Source: Candidatus Methanomethylicia archaeon (lineage in GTDB: Archaea > Thermoproteota > Methanomethylicia > Nezhaarchaeales > B40-G2). From it: DNA of 64,000 nucleotides. The stretch is from NCBI GenBank assembly GCA_029259155.1, contig JAPDJI010000014.1:1-64000 (forward strand), written 5' to 3'. The notes below the pieces were generated by a model. The model made no database searches. It saw only the letters and a program-made list of their open reading frames with translations, and had not been told where the DNA came from. Numbering within the stretch: the stretch's first letter is position 1; each line of letters begins with the position of its first letter. Below are positions 56,759-64,000 of the stretch, piece by piece. A program made the translations under genes and the position numbers.

Positions 56759-57685
56759 CACGAAATCATCCTTAAACCTTAAGATAAGGCCTTCACGCAG
56801 TTTATCGATTACCTCGAAGAGCTTCTCTTCAAGCTGAGCTTCTACGTAGCGTTTCACTTCCTCTACATTTTTCCCTTGAACCTTCTCGATATGGTTTAGC
56901 AGCCTCTCAACCCTCCACCAAGCTGAAGGTCCTCGTGGACAAAGCCCATGCTTATTCATAAGCTTCCTTAAAATCTCGTCTCTTGCTGCTTGGAGCCTAA
57001 GCCTTCGTTCTACCCGGTCGTTTAACCCCAAGGTTGAAGCTACTTTTTGCTCTGCCCAGAGCGCTGGTGTCTCCATTAATATGTCTACTTCAAGGCTCAT
57101 GGATCTAAGCGCTTCTATGTCATTGTCGTCTAGGAAGGGAAGCTGCATGGCCAACCTTAGGTCAAGGCATGCCCTCCTAACAAACTCTAAGTCAAGCTTT
57201 CCTGAGAGGAGGAAAGCCACATGTGCAAACTCATGTATTAAAGCCGGAAGCATCACCGGCGAAGTCCATTTTGAAGCCATGCCTTCAAAGTAGTATACGT
57301 ACGGATTCACTGCTACAACTGGTCTATGGAACTCGGCTATGTATTGGCCGCTGTAGTACCTGAGAAACATGGGAAGGGAGGAGAAGGCTCCGCCAGCGAT
57401 GAAGTTCTGGTGTACCATAAATAGGGGACCTTTAACCACCTTAAATACAGGTGGGCTATGCTTAACCTTAAAGAGTGTTGATATTAATCTCCAAGCCTTA
57501 GCCCTAACGGCCACTGTGTTCTCGACCTCCTCCATCATAGGTCCCTCGTACATTTCCTCTAAACGTTGACAAGGCAGCAGCAGCTGGATCTTCTCGCCGT
57601 CTACTTCAAGGCTTAAGCTTGGTAGAGGCATAGCTGAGAGCCATAGTATACAGAGAGCCTTAAGTCTCTTCTCTATGAGCCTCAT
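56669..57685 (-). CDS. Hypothetical zincin-like metallopeptidase
   Basis: LIHEFAH (HEXXH) with a downstream METPA Glu; start moved to ATG 57685. Confidence 0.55.
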   Translation of the reverse strand: MRLIEKRLKALCILWLSAMPLPSLSLEVDGEKIQLLLPCQRLEEMYEGPMMEEVENTVAVRAKAWRLISTLFKVKHSPPVFKVVKGPLFMVHQNFIAGGAFSSLPMFLRYYSGQYIAEFHRPVVAVNPYVYYFEGMASKWTSPVMLPALIHEFAHVAFLLSGKLDLEFVRRACLDLRLAMQLPFLDDNDIEALRSMSLEVDILMETPALWAEQKVASTLGLNDRVERRLRLQAARDEILRKLMNKHGLCPRGPSAWWRVERLLNHIEKVQGKNVEEVKRYVEAQLEEKLFEVIDKLREGLILRFKDDFVEAPSVMGKTLEWLRLWQYFLEREFSYHHP

Positions 57686-57781
57686 TGGTAGCCTGCCGAC
57701 CCGCCGCGTATTGCTTGATGAAGTTCCATGGGAAAAGTCCATGAGCGAGAATATTATATTCTGCCTCGCTTAGTTTACCGA

Positions 57782-57843
57782 GGGAGCGATGAGGAAGGCA
57801 GGTATTGATGAGGGGTGATGAGTGACACCAGAGCCGAGCTCCC
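57782..57843 (+). ncRNA. C/D box sRNA (2'-O-methylation guide)
   Basis: Terminal stem GGGAGC/GCTCCC; C GCGATGA, 12-nt guide, D' TTGA, C' GTGATGA, 12-nt guide, D CCGA; TTATAT about 25 nt upstream. Confidence 0.85.
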
Positions 57844-57852
57844 ACTTTTAAG

Positions 57853-58593
57853 ATGAAGGTGAGTTTTGTGGAGGAAGCAGTGAGCGTGGAGAGGTTGGTG
57901 AAGGCGTATGGAAGGGTCGTAGCTGTAGACAAGCTGACCTTTAAGGTAAATAGAGGCGAGGTCTTCGGCCTTATAGGCCCTAATGGCGCGGGGAAAACTA
58001 CGACGCTTCGAGTCCTTGCGACCCTGATAAAACCTACGGCTGGCCAGGTAGAGATCTACGGTTTAGACGTGGTCCAAGAAGCGGGGAAGGTTAGGAAGCT
58101 TATAAGTTACTTGCCTGAAGAGGCAGGAGCCTACAATAATCTAACGGGGTTGGAGTTCCTTAGGTACATGGCTTCACTAAGCTTAATAGGAGACGTAGAA
58201 GAGGCGGTGTCTAGGGCAGCCGAGCTCTCAGGGCTGGAAAATAGGCTTAAAGATAAGATTAAGACGTACAGCAAGGGGATGAAGCGTAGGCTCCTTGTTG
58301 CCAGGGCGTTAATGGTTAGGCCTAAGCTGGCTATCCTTGACGAACCGACTAGCGGCTTAGATGTGGTGAGTGCGTCGCAGGTTAGGGATATGATCAAGCG
58401 CTACGTAGCGGAGACGAAGACGGCAGCGGTGATATCCAGCCACAATATGTTGGAGGTGGAATACCTCTGCGACCGCGTCCTTATCATCAATGAAGGCAGA
58501 TCTCTAGTGGAAGGTCCTCCTCAAGAACTTAAGGAGAGGTTCCAGGCTTCAAACCTTGAAGAAGTGTTCATGGCAGCGGTGAGAAAAGCTTGA
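57853..58593 (+). CDS. ABC exporter ATP-binding subunit (NatA-like)
   Basis: GPNGAGKT, YSKGM, LDEPTSGLD, SSH. Confidence 0.92.
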   Translation: MKVSFVEEAVSVERLVKAYGRVVAVDKLTFKVNRGEVFGLIGPNGAGKTTTLRVLATLIKPTAGQVEIYGLDVVQEAGKVRKLISYLPEEAGAYNNLTGLEFLRYMASLSLIGDVEEAVSRAAELSGLENRLKDKIKTYSKGMKRRLLVARALMVRPKLAILDEPTSGLDVVSASQVRDMIKRYVAETKTAAVISSHNMLEVEYLCDRVLIINEGRSLVEGPPQELKERFQASNLEEVFMAAVRKA

Positions 58594-59903
58594 CGAGAAT
58601 GTTTCTACAGATGGTCAAGAAAGAAATCATGGAAATTGTGAGGGATCCTAGGCTGCTTTTAGGCATGATCCTTGTGCCCATCATCCTGCTACCGGTGATG
58701 GGCTTAGCTATTAGAGGTGCCATCGAATCTACGGCAGAGCAGCGACAGACGATGGTAGCCTTGTTAAACCTCGATCAAGGACACCTCGCTGAAGAAGTGT
58801 TAGGCACCGAGGTTTTCAGTACTAAGCTGGCTGAGGCAGGGGTTACTTTAAGGGAAGTTGAGGCTTCTAACCTAGAGGAAGCATTAACAGTAGTGCTAAG
58901 CAACAGCAGCTATAGCTCTCTCCTCATCATACCTGAGGACTTTACCCAAAGTTTACTTAACCATAACAAGGCAGAGGTTAAAGCATACGTTACCATCAGG
59001 TCCATGAGCCCGACGAAGATAGCTCAAAGCTTAGCTGTCGAGATCGTTATGGAAGCCTTTGAGCAGAGCTTAACCGAACTACTACTTCATGAAGCAGGTG
59101 AGGTTGAGCCTGAATTTTTAATGAACCCCTTAACCTCCAATCTATCCACGGTGTATAGGGGGAAGATACTGGAAGGCGTTAGACCTAGCGTCTTTATAGG
59201 AATGGTCACCTCTCAGCTATTTGCCCTAGTTTTTGCCATGGTGATCCTCCTAGTGTTGGCTTCTCAGCTAGTCGCCACTTCGGTAGCCTCGGAGAAGGAG
59301 CAGAAGACCTTAGAGACGCTGCTTACACTACCTGTGTCCAGAACCACTATTATTGTGGGAAAGCTGGCTGGCGCTCTCCTAGTCTCCATTGTGGGCGCGA
59401 TCGGATTTATGGTAGGCTTAAGCTTTTACATGTCCTCCGTCATGTATATGAGCTCGCCTCGAGGACTTGAAGCAGCCTACATAGCAGCTGCGTTAAGCAT
59501 ACCCATGGAAGGGTACTTGCTCCTAGGAGGCTCATTAAGCTTATCGCTTATTGCATCCCTCTCCGTTGTAGTGGTGTTAGCAGCCTTCGCTGAGGATGTC
59601 AGGTCGGCTCAAAGCTTGTTAAGCTTCGTGTTTATACCTGTATTCATAGTCGCCTTCATAGCCTCCTTCGCGGCGATGGAGAGTGGAGCAAACCTCTTAA
59701 CCTGGGGCATGCTTGCCATACCGTTTACTAATCCCGTGATCTCTATCATCTTCATCCTCAACGGGGAGTACCTACCAGTGACCATTAGCCTAGCTGTGCT
59801 ATTGGTTGAGACCCTCGCGCTCATCTACTTGGCTACAAAGTTTTATTCCTCGGAGAAAGTGTTACTGGTCAGGTTAAGGTTAAAGCGGAGGAAGGAAGGT
59901 TGA
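58590..59903 (+). CDS. ABC-2 permease (NatB-like)
   Basis: KKEIMEIVRD, ASEKEQKTLETLLTLPV..GK. Confidence 0.9.
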   Translation: MTRMFLQMVKKEIMEIVRDPRLLLGMILVPIILLPVMGLAIRGAIESTAEQRQTMVALLNLDQGHLAEEVLGTEVFSTKLAEAGVTLREVEASNLEEALTVVLSNSSYSSLLIIPEDFTQSLLNHNKAEVKAYVTIRSMSPTKIAQSLAVEIVMEAFEQSLTELLLHEAGEVEPEFLMNPLTSNLSTVYRGKILEGVRPSVFIGMVTSQLFALVFAMVILLVLASQLVATSVASEKEQKTLETLLTLPVSRTTIIVGKLAGALLVSIVGAIGFMVGLSFYMSSVMYMSSPRGLEAAYIAAALSIPMEGYLLLGGSLSLSLIASLSVVVVLAAFAEDVRSAQSLLSFVFIPVFIVAFIASFAAMESGANLLTWGMLAIPFTNPVISIIFILNGEYLPVTISLAVLLVETLALIYLATKFYSSEKVLLVRLRLKRRKEG

Positions 59904-60097
59904 AGGAGGAGATTCTAGAGGAAGGGGAGGTTAAGTTAGCTATGGAGAAGTGTGGGCCTATAGTGTCGAAGGAGATGTTAGATTACTTTAAGGAGAAGTA
60001 TGGAGATGATGTGGAGCTTCGAGTTGAATTTATTAGGGCTGAAGGAGGACCTAAGTTAAGGTTTAGGGTCGTAAAATTAGCTGAGAGAACGAGTTGA
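59900..60097 (+). CDS. Small hypothetical protein
   Basis: 65 aa, 4-nt overlap with the permease, sits inside the operon. Confidence 0.5.
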   Translation: MKEEILEEGEVKLAMEKCGPIVSKEMLDYFKEKYGDDVELRVEFIRAEGGPKLRFRVVKLAERTS

Positions 60098-60103
60098 GGC
60101 TGG

Positions 60104-61099
60104 ATGGAGCTTGAAGGAATTAAAGCCCTCATTACAGGTGGGGCAGGCTTCGTGGGGAGCCACCTAGCTGATGAGCTGCTCAAGACAGCGTCTCTCGTCA
60201 TAGTTTATGACAACTTCGACCCTTTCTATGGAGGTAAAGAAGAGAACGTTGCTCACAACCTGAGCAACCCTAAGTATAAGCTGGTTAGAGCTGACATCTT
60301 AGACTTCAGCTTATTGCTAAGCTTAGCTAAAAAGGTGGACGTGATCTTCCACCTAGCTGCCCAACCAGGAGTAAGGTTTTCGGTGGAGAATCCCCAAAGG
60401 ACTGTGAAGGTCAACGTGGATGGAACCCTCAACGTATTAATGGCAGCTAAGCAGGCAGGTGTAAGGAAAGTTGTATTCGCCTCTTCATCTTCAGTATACG
60501 GGAACCCTTCCTACGTACCCATGGATGAAGAGCACCCCAGACGACCTACCTCGCCTTATGGAGCTAGTAAGGTTGCTGCTGAAGAGTACTGTAGGGTCTT
60601 TAATCAAGTCTACGGGGTAAACGTGGTTTCCCTAAGGTACTTCTCGGTTTACGGTCCGAGGCAAAGGCCTGACCAGGTGATACGAGTCTTTGCTGAAAGA
60701 GTGGCTAGAGGGGAGAGCCCTGTTATCTATGGTAGTGGTGAACAGACTAGGGACTTCACCTACGTTATGGACGTGGTGGACGCTACCATTAGGGCTGCTC
60801 AAAGTGACGATGTCGAGGGCGAGGTATTCAATATCGGTTTCGGCGCGGAAGTGAAGATAGTTGACTTAGCTGAGAAGATCATTGAATTAATGGGAGCGAA
60901 GGGAAAGGTTCAGATGATCTTTAAGCCAGCCTATAAAGGAGATTTCCCTAGGACCTTAGCCGATAACCGTAAGGCTGGTGAAATGCTAGGATGGCGCCCT
61001 AAGGTAAGCTTAGATCAAGGGTTGAAGCTCTTCTTGGCTTGGTTTAACGCTAGGAAAAGCGAGAAAGGAGGAAGTCGAAGTGTTTCTTCTGCTCTTTGA
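60104..61099 (+). CDS. NDP-sugar epimerase/dehydratase
   Basis: TGGAGFVG, SSSSVYG, YGASK, LRYFSVYGPRQ, TRDFTY. Confidence 0.92.
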   Translation: MELEGIKALITGGAGFVGSHLADELLKTASLVIVYDNFDPFYGGKEENVAHNLSNPKYKLVRADILDFSLLLSLAKKVDVIFHLAAQPGVRFSVENPQRTVKVNVDGTLNVLMAAKQAGVRKVVFASSSSVYGNPSYVPMDEEHPRRPTSPYGASKVAAEEYCRVFNQVYGVNVVSLRYFSVYGPRQRPDQVIRVFAERVARGESPVIYGSGEQTRDFTYVMDVVDATIRAAQSDDVEGEVFNIGFGAEVKIVDLAEKIIELMGAKGKVQMIFKPAYKGDFPRTLADNRKAGEMLGWRPKVSLDQGLKLFLAWFNARKSEKGGSRSVSSAL

Positions 61100-62363
61100 A
61101 GATGAGTGCTACGTAAACTTCCTGCCGCTAACCTACACTAAACCTGTATATGAACTTAAGTGTGGGGCTTACACGCTTTGCGATCGGTTATGGAGAGCTC
61201 TCCCTGAGGCTAAGGTCGCTTTAGCTTGTAGAAGTTACTTAGCTAAGGTGATAAGTAAGCTAAGGCCTCAAGCCTACGTTAACCGCCCTGACGAGCTTAG
61301 CGAGGAGATCCTGTTAGTTAATGGGAGGGCTTTACCTCTTCAGTCAGGTCTAGCCGAGTTGGCTGTGAAGGGGACAGTGTGGGTGAAGGATAACGAACTG
61401 GTAGCTTGCCTACTTAGCGGTGAGGAGGTTAGGGAGTTATGGGAGCTAATAGAACAAGGTAGGAGCAACGAGTTATTGACAAAGTTGAAGGAGGAGCGCG
61501 AGGTCAGGGAAGCTACAGGGTTGAGGTTAATCGACCACCTATGGGAACTGGTGGAGCTAAACCCTCAACTTTTAGGCCTCGACCTTTCACGAAACCCTGG
61601 AAGAATTGATGGTGTGGTCGAGGACTTAGCTGTAATTAAAGGTGATAGGTCTAGGCTAACCGTTGAGGAAGGAGCTGAGGTTGAAGCTTTATCACTCATA
61701 GACTTGAGGGAAGGCCCTGTCTTTATAGGTAAAGGTAGCAGGATAGAAGCGGGATCTAGAGTAGTGGGCCCAGTATATATTGGGAGAAACGTAGTTGTCC
61801 AGGGAGCTTTCATTAGGAAAGGTTGTCATATAGGTGATGGCTGCAGGCTCGGTGGAGGAGGGGAGGTGGAGGAAACAGTTCTTCACGGTTACACCAATAA
61901 ATACCACTTCGGCTTCCTAGGCCACTCCTACATAGGGGAATGGGTTAACTTAGCGGCAGGGACCACTAACTCTGACCTTAAGAATACCTACGGGACGGTG
62001 AAGGTGAAAGAGGGAGGAAGGCCTGTAGATACAGGGCTGCTCAAGCTAGGCTGCTTCATAGCTGACCATGTAAAGACTAGTATAGGCACTTATATCTACA
62101 CGGGGGTCAAAGTAGGGGTGGGCTCCCATATACATGGCTTCATAACTCAAGATGTCCCCAGCTTCACCATCTGGGCTCTGAGCTTAGGTAAACGTCCAGT
62201 AGAGCTTAGGTTGCAAAGCGCGGTGGAGACTGCTAGACGAATGTGTTCCCGTAGAGGAGTAGTGTTCGGTGAAGAGGAGGCAAAGGTACTGGAAGAGGTC
62301 TTTAAAGCTACGGAGAGGGAAAGGGAGGAGGTTGGAGTAGTTAAAGGAGAGTTTAAGCCCTAA
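61080..62363 (+). CDS. GlmU-like sugar nucleotidyltransferase/hexapeptide-repeat protein
   Basis: LPLTYTKPVYELKCG, hexapeptide repeats, GFLGHSYIGEWVNL..GTTNSDLKN. Confidence 0.8.
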   Translation: MFLLLFEDECYVNFLPLTYTKPVYELKCGAYTLCDRLWRALPEAKVALACRSYLAKVISKLRPQAYVNRPDELSEEILLVNGRALPLQSGLAELAVKGTVWVKDNELVACLLSGEEVRELWELIEQGRSNELLTKLKEEREVREATGLRLIDHLWELVELNPQLLGLDLSRNPGRIDGVVEDLAVIKGDRSRLTVEEGAEVEALSLIDLREGPVFIGKGSRIEAGSRVVGPVYIGRNVVVQGAFIRKGCHIGDGCRLGGGGEVEETVLHGYTNKYHFGFLGHSYIGEWVNLAAGTTNSDLKNTYGTVKVKEGGRPVDTGLLKLGCFIADHVKTSIGTYIYTGVKVGVGSHIHGFITQDVPSFTIWALSLGKRPVELRLQSAVETARRMCSRRGVVFGEEEAKVLEEVFKATEREREEVGVVKGEFKP

Positions 62364-62374
62364 ATGCTTCATGG

Positions 62375-62797
62375 TTAGAGGTAGCCATGTTTTGTTAATA
62401 GTTCTCTTAGAGTACTCGTTATAGGCATGGTTTGTAGATCGCTTAGCTTAACCCAAGCTGCGTCTAGCACTTCAGGGGAAGGTTTTACCTGAAGGTTTAA
62501 AGGTTCTCCCAGAAAGTCGACGATGACGAAATGATACTTAACTCTCCCATCTTCATCTAGGACTATCTTGTTGACCACGTCTAGAAGCCTCTTTAGCTTA
62601 ACCTTAATCCCTGTCTCCTCCTCCACTTCCCTTACAGCGGCGTCTTCAACTTTTTCACCCAGCTCTACTAGGCCTCCTGGAATGGTCCAGAGCCCCACGT
62701 CGGGCTCTCCTCTCCTCCTAATCATCAAGATCCTATCTCCATCTAAAACTAAAACACCTACTCCTACGAGAGGAGCGGTAGGGTAAACCCTTTTCAT
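62375..62797 (-). CDS. Nudix hydrolase
   Basis: PGGLVELGEKVEDAAVREVEEETG Nudix box. Confidence 0.93.
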   Translation of the reverse strand: MKRVYPTAPLVGVGVLVLDGDRILMIRRRGEPDVGLWTIPGGLVELGEKVEDAAVREVEEETGIKVKLKRLLDVVNKIVLDEDGRVKYHFVIVDFLGEPLNLQVKPSPEVLDAAWVKLSDLQTMPITSTLRELLTKHGYL

Positions 62798-62903
62798 ATC
62801 TGTGCCCCTGCGTTAGCCAGATGAGAACTTTATTTAAGGTTACTTTCATAGATACCAAAAAACAGTAAATATTATAATTCAGGTTATTAAGAATAGAACT
62901 TTA

Positions 62904-63233
62904 ATGGCCAAAGAGAAAGAGGATCTTCGCGAAGCCGTGCTTAAGGCCATAGACTATGCCCTACAGCTCTTCGGGGAGAGCGTGTATCGGGTAGTGTATT
63001 ATTATTGTGAGGCGAAGTTTAACGTTAAGCGTGATGAATTAACTGACCCGGAGAAAATTGTGTGTTTAGCTGATTGTATTACTGAGATTTTTAAGGGGGC
63101 CTCAAGTTTCTTGGAGGAGCAGATTATATCTTCTATTTGTAGAAGTCTGAATGTTGACCGCAAAACCTTGCCCAAGGGGTTTAAGGAAGCCTTAAAGAAG
63201 CTCACCGCCTACGCGAGTGGAGCTAAGCCTTGA
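62904..63233 (+). CDS. NitrOD5/DUF3227-like small helical protein
   Basis: AIDYALQLFGESV..VVYY..IF.GA..LE..I pattern. Confidence 0.55.
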   Translation: MAKEKEDLREAVLKAIDYALQLFGESVYRVVYYYCEAKFNVKRDELTDPEKIVCLADCITEIFKGASSFLEEQIISSICRSLNVDRKTLPKGFKEALKKLTAYASGAKP

Positions 63234-63984
63234 AGTACCATCCTCCACTAACGCATATGGTCTCTCCTGTTATGTAGTTAGCATCGTCACTAGCTAAGAA
63301 GGCTATAACGCTAGCTACTTCCTCAGGTCTTCCACCTCTTCCTAAGGGGATCTGCGATTCAAGTTCTCTAAGCACTTCCTCCGGGTATACTTTAACCATG
63401 TATGGATGTGGTATTAAGCCAGGAGCCACTGCGTTTACCGTTACTCCTGTGCCGGCTACCTCGAGAGCTAAGCAGCGAGTAAAGGCGAGTATGCCTGCCT
63501 TAGTGGCTGCGTAGCAAGCATCGCCGTGCCTAGTAGGCATCCATGCATACACCGAGGATACGTTTATGATCCTGCCATAGCGCTGCTTAAGCATGAAGGG
63601 TAACACGGCTTTACAGCAAAGGAATACGCCTTTCAGGTTCACGTTAACTATATAATCCCAAGACTCTTCGTCCATCTCCAAGACGGGCTTAGGCTTATTC
63701 ACCCCGGCGTTATTAACTAGGATATCTACCCTACCATATTCCTTCACTGTGCCCTTTACCAACTCCTCAACTTGGTCGCGGCGTGATACGTCACAGGGTA
63801 TGGCTATTGCCCTATACCCCTTAGACTTTAAGTCCTCAGCCACCTTCATGGCCCTACCTTCATGGATGTCGGACACTACCAAGTATGCTCCTTCACTAGC
63901 CAGCCTTCTAACGGTAGCTTGACCTATACCTGCACCTGCTGAGGCTGTAACTATTGCCACCTTACCTTCAAGCCTTCCGGCCAA
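63223..63984 (-). CDS. Short-chain dehydrogenase/reductase (FabG-like)
   Basis: VAIVT..GIG, LVNNAG, YAATK, VNAVAPG, YITG. Confidence 0.92.
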   Translation of the reverse strand: MAGRLEGKVAIVTASAGAGIGQATVRRLASEGAYLVVSDIHEGRAMKVAEDLKSKGYRAIAIPCDVSRRDQVEELVKGTVKEYGRVDILVNNAGVNKPKPVLEMDEESWDYIVNVNLKGVFLCCKAVLPFMLKQRYGRIINVSSVYAWMPTRHGDACYAATKAGILAFTRCLALEVAGTGVTVNAVAPGLIPHPYMVKVYPEEVLRELESQIPLGRGGRPEEVASVIAFLASDDANYITGETICVSGGWYFKA

Positions 63985-64000
63985 GGCAGTTCACCAGTGA

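Noticed and set aside
1-64000. tRNA, rRNA and CRISPR arrays
   Set aside because: No cloverleaf, rRNA-like stretch or regularly spaced repeats seen in intergenic regions by eye; tRNAscan-SE and a CRISPR finder would confirm

Overview
Gene-dense archaeal chromosome segment. The short XPF, class I LysRS, nurA-herA-mre11-rad50 operon and C/D sRNA point to Thermoproteota/TACK; a Methanomethylicia/Nezhaarchaeales-like lineage is a guess from the hydrogenase-Hdr content. No tRNA, rRNA, CRISPR array or transposase was recognised. Main points: (1) a group 4 membrane-bound [NiFe] hydrogenase operon (22.7-30.4 kb) with an embedded hdrB, whose NuoC/EchD subunit is fused to the Fe-S-free C-terminal tail of HdrC; it is flanked by a lipoyl module (GcvH, flavin disulfide reductase, LipS2, LplAB, OsmC) and an HdrD-like gene; (2) a divergent FtsZ/tubulin-family GTPase ending in a MinD-like amphipathic helix; (3) a 7-kb split-cobN/chlID island bounded by a perfect 145-bp direct repeat; (4) an intergenic dual-guide C/D box sRNA; (5) two conserved genes that appear to need non-canonical starts (CTG, ATA); (6) an in-frame TmcA/GH29 fucosidase chimera at the left edge, possibly an assembly artefact. 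All family calls come from motifs recognised by eye; no database searches were run.
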